64,000 nt of DNA, taken from Novosphingobium sp. (GTDB lineage Bacteria; Pseudomonadota; Alphaproteobacteria; Sphingomonadales; Sphingomonadaceae). The translations under genes were made by a program, and so were the position numbers. The notes under the pieces were generated by a model, which worked only from the letters and a program-made list of their open reading frames with translations, did not search any database and had not been told where the DNA came from. The stretch is taken from NCBI RefSeq assembly GCF_041915465.1, contig NZ_JAYSBK010000004.1:13559-77558 (forward strand). The letters run 5' to 3'. Below, in pieces: positions 27,945 to 36,327 of the stretch. The first letter of the stretch is position 1. Every line of letters starts with the position of its first letter.

Positions 27945-29181
27945 CAGCGTTCCCGAAAGCATCGCGATCGTCGGCGCCAACCTTGCCGGCGGCCGTGCCG
28001 CGGAGGAGCTGCGACGGTCTGGGTACGAAGGCAGGCTGGTGCTGATCGGGGAAGAACCCTGGCCGCCCTACGAACGCCCGCCGTTGTCCAAGGAATTCCT
28101 GTGGAACGGCGGCGTGCCGCCCGACCCCTTCTTCCTGCACGACGAGGCTTGGTATCGCAACAATGCCATCGACGTGCGGCTTGGCATGCGGGCCGACGCG
28201 CTCGATCTGGCCGGCGGCGGCGTGCAGCTCGCATCGGGAGAACTGGTCCGCGCCGATCGCATCATGCTGGCGACCGGTGCAAGCGCGCGGCGCTTGCCTG
28301 TTGCCGGTGCTGAGGCCGAAAACGTTCATCACCTGCGTACCCGAAGCGATGCCGAAGGACTGGTCGCCGCGCTGAGGCCCGGCGCGCGCATCGTCGTCGT
28401 CGGGATGGGTGTCATCGGTGCCGAAATCGCCGCGAGTGCGCGCAAGCTCGGCTGCGAGGTCACTGCTATCGAGCCGGGGGCTGCACCGATGGCGCGGATG
28501 CTGGGCGCGCGCTTCGGGACCTGGCTGGCCGGGCTGCACGAAGCACAGGGTGTGTCGCTGCGGCTGGGCGTCGTGCCCGAGGCACTGGTGGTCGACGACG
28601 GCTGGGTGCGGGCGGTCGATTGCTCGGACGGCAGCCGCGTGGACTGCGACGCGGTCGTGGTCGGCATCGGCGTCGCGCCGCGCGTGGAACTGGCGCGCGC
28701 CGCGGGCATCGCGACCGGCAACGGGATCATCGTCGACCGGGCCTGTCGCACCAGCCACCCCGCTGTCTTCGCCGCGGGCGACGTTGCCGATCAGCCCGGC
28801 TTCTTCGGCGGACGGGCGCGGCTCGAAACCTTTCAGAACGCATCCGATCAGGCGACGGCGGCGGCGCAGGCGATGCTGGGCCGTCCGGTCGAATACGTGA
28901 GCTCGGGCTGGGCCTGGACCGACCAGTACGACGTCAATCTCCAGGTCGTCGGACGGGTCGGGGACGGTTTGTCCACGGTCATCAGGGGCTCTGCCGAAGC
29001 GCGCGATTTCTCGGTCTTCTGCCTTGAAGGAAATGTCGTGGTAGGCGCGTTGACGGTCAATCGCCCGCGCGACATGAGCGCCGGCCGCCGTATGGTTGAG
29101 CGCCGTCATGTCGTGGACCGGGCGATGCTGGCGGACGAGGCGGTTCCTCTCATGCAGGTGCTCAAGGCGGCCCGCGGGTGA
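27937..29181 (+). CDS. Glutathione-reductase-type ferredoxin reductase
   Basis: IVGANLAG, PYERPPLSK, VVVGMGVIGAE, FAAGDVA and WTDQYD motifs. Confidence 0.92.
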   Translation: MSDSVPESIAIVGANLAGGRAAEELRRSGYEGRLVLIGEEPWPPYERPPLSKEFLWNGGVPPDPFFLHDEAWYRNNAIDVRLGMRADALDLAGGGVQLASGELVRADRIMLATGASARRLPVAGAEAENVHHLRTRSDAEGLVAALRPGARIVVVGMGVIGAEIAASARKLGCEVTAIEPGAAPMARMLGARFGTWLAGLHEAQGVSLRLGVVPEALVVDDGWVRAVDCSDGSRVDCDAVVVGIGVAPRVELARAAGIATGNGIIVDRACRTSHPAVFAAGDVADQPGFFGGRARLETFQNASDQATAAAQAMLGRPVEYVSSGWAWTDQYDVNLQVVGRVGDGLSTVIRGSAEARDFSVFCLEGNVVVGALTVNRPRDMSAGRRMVERRHVVDRAMLADEAVPLMQVLKAARG

Positions 29182-29440
29182 TGCCGCCCGAACGAACGAT
29201 CCTCGCGCTGCTGCTTGAGCCGCTTGCGGTTCGCGGCAAGACCTTGCCCAATCGAATCATCATGTCGCCGATGTCGCGCACGATTTCGCCCGATGATGTG
29301 CCGGGGGCAGGCCTAGCCGATTTCTATGCCAAGCTCGCCGAAGGCGGCGTTGGCACGATATTCACTGAAGCCGCGCGAATCGAACACATCGGTGCGATCG
29401 GTTACATCGGGCTCAGCGACAACATTGCGCCGTACACTGG
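29178..29440 (+). pseudogene. Truncated NADH:flavin oxidoreductase (Old Yellow Enzyme family), N-terminal fragment only
   Basis: LPNRIIMSPMSR..FYAKLAEGGVGTIFTE matches the OYE N-terminus; similarity is lost after about 85 codons and the ORF is far shorter than an OYE. Confidence 0.75.
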
Positions 29441-29848
29441 GCAGCACCTGCATGATAGCGAGCATCATCGAGAGGTGCTCGCTGTGTTTTCTGGCCCGGC
29501 CACAACCGATGGCCAAGCAGCTACTGAAACCGGTGAACCGACACCGCGAAGTGCTGAGGCTACGGTTTCGTCGAAGCCAGCCATCGAGGTCTGGTACAAT
29601 GAAACGACACTCAGCCCGACACAAGCAGCCTAGTCGACATCCTCGAAGAACTACGACGTCACGATCATTGCAGTCGCGCGATCGTTCACACCGCCGGCAT
29701 TACGTGAAGCGGCATTCTGCGGACGCGTGGCTTACTGTGCGATGGCAGTGCCAGACCTGCATTGAGCGATTGCGCCGGCTTCTATTGCGGCAACGATTGC
29801 GTTGTTGACGCGGGTATGAGTGTTACGAGCCATTGGTAGGGTATGTGC

Positions 29849-30739
29849 ATGGAACTTCGGCAACTGCGATATGCCGTGACAACTGCCGATACGCAGAGCT
29901 TTTCGCGGGCGGCTGACATGCTCAAAGTGAAGCAATCAACTTTGAGCCGACGAGTCATGCAATTGGAGCACAGGCTGGGAATAAAGCTGTTCGAACGGAC
30001 TACGCGTGGTGCAGAGCCGACCGAGACGGGACGAGTCTTCCTGGAGGCTGCGCGTCGCATCCTGATCGACGTAGAGGACCTCCAAACGACTGCTCGCGCG
30101 GTAAACAGTGGCGAACATGGGCGACTTACGATCGGGTATTGCTCGTCGCTCATGGCCGGCCCGTTGAGACTTGCGTTCTCAGACTATTTGACGCGATATC
30201 CCGACGTCCAGTTCGATGGAATCGAAGCTGGAACAGAGAAACTCTTGAACGGCCTGCAAGCGCGTACGATCGATGTTGTGATTGCGCCGGCGGGAAATGA
30301 ACAAAGCGATGTTCAGACGCGCCCGCTTTGGTCCGAGCGCCTGATGGCCGTCCTGACCGGCGAAAACCGGCTGCACGAGAACAAACGCATCTATTGGCAG
30401 GATCTCCGCCGCGAAGTGTTCGTTGTGCCGTCGAACGGCATTGGCCCGAACCTCGCCAACCTGCTTTCCGCACGTTTGTCTGAGCAGGGCTATCGCCCCA
30501 AGATCGTCATCCAGGACACCAGTCTCGAAAGCGCGATCAGCATGGTCGCAGTCAATCGTTACATCACAATCGCGACCGAGGCCTCGCAGGGCGTGACCTG
30601 GCCCAACCTCCACTTCCGCGAAATCTATGATCCCAGCGGTCCGGCGCGCCTCGAATTCGCGCTCTATTGGCGCGAGGGCAACCAAAATCCCGCGCTCCTG
30701 CGCTTCTTCGAACTGATTGAGGAACGCTACCCGGGCTGA
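29849..30739 (+). CDS. LysR family transcriptional regulator
   Basis: MELRQLRY..SFSRAA..QSTLSRRVMQLE..LFERTTRG HTH; position after DUF2274 typical of these ICEs. Confidence 0.93.
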   Translation: MELRQLRYAVTTADTQSFSRAADMLKVKQSTLSRRVMQLEHRLGIKLFERTTRGAEPTETGRVFLEAARRILIDVEDLQTTARAVNSGEHGRLTIGYCSSLMAGPLRLAFSDYLTRYPDVQFDGIEAGTEKLLNGLQARTIDVVIAPAGNEQSDVQTRPLWSERLMAVLTGENRLHENKRIYWQDLRREVFVVPSNGIGPNLANLLSARLSEQGYRPKIVIQDTSLESAISMVAVNRYITIATEASQGVTWPNLHFREIYDPSGPARLEFALYWREGNQNPALLRFFELIEERYPG

Positions 30740-30954
30740 GCGGCGCGCCGGGCCTTGGCAAAGCTGCGATCGGTGGCGATGAACCGCTCTATCATTGGCG
30801 GAATCAACCTTTCTGGCGTGGGAGCTCCCTTAGCTTCTCCGCAATTGAGAACCGTGCCATAGGCGAGCAGCTCCCGGTTCAACCGCGCTGAGACCTCCAC
30901 CGTGAGGCGCACGGGCTTCTCGTCTGCAAGATCGGCCAGCTTCAATCGAGTCAT
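30727..30954 (-). CDS. DUF2274 domain protein
   Basis: MTRLKLADLADEKPVRLTV..LIPPMIERFIATDRSF; usual position after trbI. Confidence 0.85.
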   Translation of the reverse strand: MTRLKLADLADEKPVRLTVEVSARLNRELLAYGTVLNCGEAKGAPTPERLIPPMIERFIATDRSFAKARRAAQPG

Positions 30955-32156
30955 TGCCTGCCTCCCAGAGCCAGGTCGCGGGTCACCAGCACGCGGACCG
31001 GATAACCGGGGCGAATCGTGATTGTCGGCCTGACTTGCAGCTCGCGGCTTACAATCTGCTCGCCGGCCCGGTTGGCGCTGTCCTGGCTCCCTCGGCGCAA
31101 GGCGCGCGTCAGACTGCTATCGCTGCCCGAGCCAAGTTCCGATCCGACACCGAGCAAGGTAGAGACCAGCGCCGCCTTGAGCACACCGCCCCAATGATAG
31201 TCTGTGCCGTCCTGCAAGCCGGCATAGCCGCGCGGGTCGGACGCGGGCTGGCGTTCGAGCACGATAGAGCGGCCATCGGGGAAGATTAGCCGGTTCCAGG
31301 CGAGCAGGATCCGGCTTTGCCCGAACGCGACATCGGCATCATAATCGCCGATCAGCCGCGAGCCCTGTGGAATGAGCAGGATGCGCCCGGTCGGGCTGTC
31401 ATAGACATTCTGGGTGACCTGTGCGGTCACCAGGCCCGGCAGGTCGGAGCGGATGCCGGTGATCAGCGCTGCCGGAATGACCGAACCCGCCTGCAGGATC
31501 GAAGGCGATGCCAGCCCAGTCAGCCGCTCGGCCGACACGGTGCGCCGGTCGCTGGCCCGTTCCAGAAACGCCTGCTTGCGGGCAGCATCGGACTGCGACG
31601 CATCGGACGGCGTTGCAGGTGGGGCCTCAGCGGGCGGCGGAAGTCCGACCAGTCCACCACTCCCACTTCCCGGCGACCCGCCGCCGAAGAACAGGCGACT
31701 GCTGCGCGCGGCTTCACGTTCCTGTTCGGCACGCTGGCGGGCAGCATCGGCGGCAGTGGCTGCGGGGCCCGCCGGAGCCAGAGGTGGTTGCGCTCCGATC
31801 GGCGGCAGGGCTGCTACGTCCCCGCGTCGCTGGGCATCGAGGATCGGTTTACCGAGATCGCCGGGTAGAGGCGGCCCAAGCTTGGGTACCTGGCCGTAAT
31901 CCTTGGGTGCACCCGCGAGGTTGTCGGCCACCGCAACGCCATCGGTGTTGTAGAGTTCCTCCGCGTTCTTCCGGCCTGCAGGCTGGAGCGCATAGATCAG
32001 CGCACCGCCGACCAGTGCAAAGCCACAAGCTGAGGCGATGCCGATGGCTTTCCTCGATAGCCGCATCACGCGCGGCGGATCGCCGCGCAGCTTGACCGCT
32101 GCATCGGGATCGACGGACACTGGCTCGGCGCGTTCGTCCTGGTCCTCGCCCGTCAT
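30951..32156 (-). CDS. trbI: Conjugal transfer protein TrbI/VirB10
   Basis: AGSVIPAALITGIRSDLPG and PTITIRPGY motifs. Confidence 0.95.
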   Translation of the reverse strand: MTGEDQDERAEPVSVDPDAAVKLRGDPPRVMRLSRKAIGIASACGFALVGGALIYALQPAGRKNAEELYNTDGVAVADNLAGAPKDYGQVPKLGPPLPGDLGKPILDAQRRGDVAALPPIGAQPPLAPAGPAATAADAARQRAEQEREAARSSRLFFGGGSPGSGSGGLVGLPPPAEAPPATPSDASQSDAARKQAFLERASDRRTVSAERLTGLASPSILQAGSVIPAALITGIRSDLPGLVTAQVTQNVYDSPTGRILLIPQGSRLIGDYDADVAFGQSRILLAWNRLIFPDGRSIVLERQPASDPRGYAGLQDGTDYHWGGVLKAALVSTLLGVGSELGSGSDSSLTRALRRGSQDSANRAGEQIVSRELQVRPTITIRPGYPVRVLVTRDLALGGRQ

Positions 32157-33187
32157 GCCCGCCCCCGCCGATTGGAGACGATTCGTACCGTCTGCTGGCC
32201 CTTGCGTCCGCCAAGGCGCAGTTCGGCGCGGGCGAACAGCCGATCGACGATCATGTAGCGGCCAGAGACGCGATAGTTGACCAGTTCAGCTTCGCCTTTG
32301 GCGCCGATCACGAACAGCGGCGGCAGTTCGCCTTGGGCGATGCTCTCGGGGAACTCGACGAACACGCGCACCCCGTCGTCGAAGGCGCGCAGCGGTCGCC
32401 ATTCGGGCCGGTCACCCTCGATCGCATAGCGGAAATTGAGCAGCGACAAGTCCATGCCTGCCGCCACCGGTGCCGCGCGTTCGGCTTCGGCGCGCACCTG
32501 GCGCAAGGCAATCAGTTGATCCTGCGGGTAGGTCCAGGAGACCGACGCCATGTAGACCGACGGGTTTGCGCGCAGCTCGAGGTGGTAGGTCCGCCGGTCG
32601 GTGTTGATTACAAGGTTGGTCGCTATGTCGGGCCGGATGGGCTTGACCAGAATGTGGACCCGGGCGGCGGGGCCGATGCCGCTCACCGTATCGCCGATCA
32701 TCCAGCGAACCGTATCCCCGGCCGCGACCGGGCCGGAACCAACCAGCTGCTCTCCTTCTTGCAGCGCGATGTCGCTGACCTGTCCGGGCTTGGCGTAGAT
32801 CTGGTAGAGCGCGCCTTCTGTGAAGGGGAAGACCTGGATCGCGTTGATAAACCCTGTGCGCTCGGGCTGGATGCGTGCCGCCTCCATCGCCGCTCCCACC
32901 CTGTCCTGGAGAGTGGGGCGACTCTGGGACGGGCGGGAGCGGCCCGCAGCGTGGGGAGGGGTGCGCTGCGGAAACGCTTTGAGCTGACCGGGAAGTGGCA
33001 GCGGCACGGGGATCGCAACCACATCGGGCTTGGGATAGGTCGCCTGCGGTGCCTCATTGGGAGCCGCAGGCGATGCAGGCTGGTGCGTTGTTCGATCTTG
33101 GGCCTGCGTAGGGGAAGCAAGCGCCGTGCTTGCGGCAAGCACGGCGGCGGCGACGCGGCGGTTCGCCGCAAAAAGTTTGCTGATCAT
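32153..33187 (-). CDS. trbG: Conjugal transfer protein TrbG/VirB9
   Basis: AAGDTVRW, TNLVINTDRRTYHLEL and YMIVDRLF motifs. Confidence 0.95.
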   Translation of the reverse strand: MISKLFAANRRVAAAVLAASTALASPTQAQDRTTHQPASPAAPNEAPQATYPKPDVVAIPVPLPLPGQLKAFPQRTPPHAAGRSRPSQSRPTLQDRVGAAMEAARIQPERTGFINAIQVFPFTEGALYQIYAKPGQVSDIALQEGEQLVGSGPVAAGDTVRWMIGDTVSGIGPAARVHILVKPIRPDIATNLVINTDRRTYHLELRANPSVYMASVSWTYPQDQLIALRQVRAEAERAAPVAAGMDLSLLNFRYAIEGDRPEWRPLRAFDDGVRVFVEFPESIAQGELPPLFVIGAKGEAELVNYRVSGRYMIVDRLFARAELRLGGRKGQQTVRIVSNRRGRA

Positions 33188-33867
33188 GATCCGAGTTCCT
33201 TCGACCAGTTGATGGCGTTGACGAAAATGCCGAGCGGGTTCTTGCGCAGGGCATCGGGAGTGCGGGGGACCTGAACGACGATCGTCAGGATCGCGGTCCA
33301 GCGGCTCGTTTCGGCAAGGCTGCCGTCGCGGTAGCGGCGTTCGACCCAGGCGACACGGAAGCTCGTCGGCGAGGCGCGGATAACGCTCGTCACGTCCACT
33401 CCGACCTGTTCCCGCCCGATCAGGGCGAACGGATCGTTGGTCCGCGCATAGTCGTTGAGCGCGAGCGCGCCCTTGTCGGTGGCGAAGTCATAGGCGCGCA
33501 ACCAGTTCTGCCGGACGATGATCGGATCGTCGGGCACGGCCCGGACCTGCTCGATGAACCGCGCCAGATGGAACGCGACCTGCGGGTCCGAGGGCGTGTA
33601 GCCGACATCAGCGGGGGCGACGGCCTGCGCCTCGCCGAGCTTGTCTACCTGGACCACCCAGGGCACGATCAATCCGCGCGCGCCCTGCCAGATGATCCCG
33701 ACGGTGAGGAGGCCCGTGAGCCCGAGCGCACCGAAGAAGGCAAGCCGCCAGCTGCGCGCCTGGACGCGGGCCGAGCCAATCCGGTCATCCCAGACCTGTG
33801 CAGCGCGCTGGTAGGGTGTTTCGGGTTCGGGGGTCTTGCCGTAGCGGATCGAGGGTCGTCGAAACAT
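33184..33867 (-). CDS. trbF: Conjugal transfer protein TrbF/VirB8
   Basis: TPYQRAAQVWDDRIG and KNPLGIFVNAINWS motifs. Confidence 0.95.
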   Translation of the reverse strand: MFRRPSIRYGKTPEPETPYQRAAQVWDDRIGSARVQARSWRLAFFGALGLTGLLTVGIIWQGARGLIVPWVVQVDKLGEAQAVAPADVGYTPSDPQVAFHLARFIEQVRAVPDDPIIVRQNWLRAYDFATDKGALALNDYARTNDPFALIGREQVGVDVTSVIRASPTSFRVAWVERRYRDGSLAETSRWTAILTIVVQVPRTPDALRKNPLGIFVNAINWSKELGS

Positions 33868-33870
33868 GCG

Positions 33871-35187
33871 TCAGTCCTTTTCGGAAGTGTCGATGGAAGC
33901 CCCGCCGCCATGGCTGTCGCCGGACTTGAGCGTGTGGGCGGCGATGGTGGCGCCGTGCGCGATGGTCTGCCGGTCCTTCATCGCCTTGGCCCATGCAGGC
34001 TTGCCTTGATCGGCATCGGCGGGCGGCTTGGGCGGCGTATTGCGTCCGGGCGTAATCGTGCCGCCGGTGTTGGTTATCGCGGCGCGGCTGCCTTCGCGGA
34101 ACGACTGTTTCATGCCGTCACCTGCCTTGCGCAGCGGTGAGGTCGCCACACCGACGGCGGCGTCGCCGACCGCAGTCATGCCAGAGCCGACTGCAGCTGC
34201 GCCTGATTTACCTGCCGAGCCCAGTGCATAGGCCATGGTGGCCCCGCCCGCGGCGCGCGAAGTGCCGTGCGCCACGTTGGATGCGGCACTGGCGACCGCG
34301 CCGCCGGCCATCCGCGCGCCGGCAACCGCACCGGCTGCGGCACCGCCAGCAAGCAGCGCGGTTCCTGCGGCAGCACCTGCTCCCAGCTGCGGTCCGCCCG
34401 AGACGATGCCATTGGCAATGCCGGGGCCGAAGATGCCGAGACCGAGCAGCGACAGGCTGGCGAGCACGATCGACAGCGCATCCTCGATGGTGGGTTCGGC
34501 GCCGATCGCGCTGGTAAATTCGGTGAAGATGGTCGAACCGATGCCGACGATCACCGCGAGGACGAGCACCTTGATGCCGGATGAGACGACATTGCCGAGC
34601 ACCCGTTCGGCCATGAACGCGGTCTTGCCGAACAACCCGAACGGGATCAGCACAAAGCCGCAAAGCGTTGTCAGCTTGAACTCGATCAGGGTGATGAACA
34701 GCTGGATTGCAAGGATGAAGAAGGCGATGATCACGATCGCCCAGGCGAGCAGCAGGATCACAATCTGCAGGAAGTTCTCGAAGAAGCTGACGAACCCCAT
34801 CAAGTCCGAGATCGCGTCGATCAACGGGCGGGCGGCATCCATTCCGACCTGCGCCACCCGGCCCGGTTGTAGCAGCTCGGCAGCGGTAAAGCCGGTGCCG
34901 CTGGCCTTGAGGCCCAATCCGGCGAAGCTCTCGAACACGATGCGTGCAAGGTTGTTCCAGTTGCCGATGATGTAAGCGAACACGCCGACAAACAGTGTCT
35001 TCTTGACGAGGCGCGCGAGCACGTCGTCCGTCTCGCCCCAGGACCAGAACAGGGCGGCGAGCGTCACGTCGATGACGATCAGCGTGGTCGCGATAAACGC
35101 GACCTCCCCCGACAGGAGCCCGAACCCACTGTCGATATAGCGTGAGAAGATGTCGAGGAAGTGGTCGACGACGCCGGTGCCACCCAT
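33871..35187 (-). CDS. trbL: Conjugal transfer protein TrbL/VirB6
   Basis: YIDSGFGLL, TLIEFKLTTL and Gly/Ala-rich C-terminus. Confidence 0.95.
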   Translation of the reverse strand: MGGTGVVDHFLDIFSRYIDSGFGLLSGEVAFIATTLIVIDVTLAALFWSWGETDDVLARLVKKTLFVGVFAYIIGNWNNLARIVFESFAGLGLKASGTGFTAAELLQPGRVAQVGMDAARPLIDAISDLMGFVSFFENFLQIVILLLAWAIVIIAFFILAIQLFITLIEFKLTTLCGFVLIPFGLFGKTAFMAERVLGNVVSSGIKVLVLAVIVGIGSTIFTEFTSAIGAEPTIEDALSIVLASLSLLGLGIFGPGIANGIVSGGPQLGAGAAAGTALLAGGAAAGAVAGARMAGGAVASAASNVAHGTSRAAGGATMAYALGSAGKSGAAAVGSGMTAVGDAAVGVATSPLRKAGDGMKQSFREGSRAAITNTGGTITPGRNTPPKPPADADQGKPAWAKAMKDRQTIAHGATIAAHTLKSGDSHGGGASIDTSEKD

Positions 35188-35188
35188 G

Positions 35189-35545
35189 TCAACGGCCTCC
35201 GGTTCCGGACGGCACGACGACCGGTTGTGACTGGGATGGCCGCCCGGAATTGCCGATCATCGGACTGGCTTGCGGGAATCGTTCCATGGGTCGCGCGCCG
35301 GGAGCCAGAAAACGGTGCCGATTCTCGGCCCAGGCCAGACGGCATTCGTTAGTTGTTTCGGCAAGCTGACCGAGTTCGGAGCAAAGCCGCAGCATTTCCG
35401 GCAATGGATCGCCATCGGGTTCGTTGACGGTGACTGCCTCGGTGAGCTCAGGCTTGCGCTCTTCGCGCAGCTGGAGCGCGGTCGTTGTCAGCGCAATGGC
35501 AACGAAGGCTACCGCCCCGATCCGCGCGAAGAGCTTGGTGTCCAT
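35189..35545 (-). CDS. trbK: Putative entry exclusion protein (TrbK-alt)
   Basis: MDTKLFARIGAVAFVAIA..C..LG..C..AWAENRHRFL; lies between trbJ and trbL. Confidence 0.8.
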   Translation of the reverse strand: MDTKLFARIGAVAFVAIALTTTALQLREERKPELTEAVTVNEPDGDPLPEMLRLCSELGQLAETTNECRLAWAENRHRFLAPGARPMERFPQASPMIGNSGRPSQSQPVVVPSGTGGR

Positions 35546-35549
35546 CGTC

Positions 35550-36323
35550 TCAGTTCCGGAACATCTGAGCGGTGGTCGGGACATAGCCCCGTCCTGGCGC
35601 AAGGAAGCGGCGGAGTTGCTCGCGCGCCTGCGCCTTGGCGGCGGCATCGTTGGCGGCATCGAGTGTCTGTGCCCGGCCCATTGCCGTGACACTGGCGATG
35701 AGGTCGGTGAGCTGCTGCGACTGGACGGCGAGCAACTGATTGCCGGCTTGTGCTGCCTGCAGCGCGCCCGTTGCCGATTGGCTCGCGGTGACGATATCGT
35801 TCACCGCGCTCCGGGTGCCTTCGATGTTGGCGACGGCGCCGGCCTGCACCTTCAGCGCATCTTCGAAGGCGGCGACGCTGTTCTGCCAGCGCCCCTCCGC
35901 GCCATCGACCATCGCGCGTTGCGGCGCGGTCAGGTCCATCGACTTGTACTGCCGCAAGAACTCGGTCTGGATCTGCTGGACGTTGTAGGCCATCCGCTGC
36001 GCTTCACCGAGCAGTTGCTGGGTCTGCCGGATCTGCTGCTGGAGCGGCGCGAGTACGCTGGTCGGCAGGCTGGCGAGGTTGCGCGCCTCGTTGATCAGCG
36101 ATGTCGCCTGGTTCTGCAGCTGCCGGATCTGGTTGTTGATCTGCTCGAGCGTGCGCGCGGCGGTCAGCACGTTCTGCGCGTAGTTCGAAGGATCGTAAAC
36201 GATCCCGCCAAACTGGGCATAGGCCGGCGCAGGGACGAGCGCGGTGACGGTCATCGACAGCACGGCGGTGCCGGCGGCGAGCATCTGGCGGAAACCCAGA
36301 GACTTTTGGGGACGCGACTTCAT
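35550..36323 (-). CDS. trbJ: Conjugal transfer protein TrbJ/VirB5
   Basis: VYDPSNYAQNVLTAARTLEQINNQI and GALQAAQAGNQLLA motifs. Confidence 0.95.
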   Translation of the reverse strand: MKSRPQKSLGFRQMLAAGTAVLSMTVTALVPAPAYAQFGGIVYDPSNYAQNVLTAARTLEQINNQIRQLQNQATSLINEARNLASLPTSVLAPLQQQIRQTQQLLGEAQRMAYNVQQIQTEFLRQYKSMDLTAPQRAMVDGAEGRWQNSVAAFEDALKVQAGAVANIEGTRSAVNDIVTASQSATGALQAAQAGNQLLAVQSQQLTDLIASVTAMGRAQTLDAANDAAAKAQAREQLRRFLAPGRGYVPTTAQMFRN

Positions 36324-36327
36324 GGCA

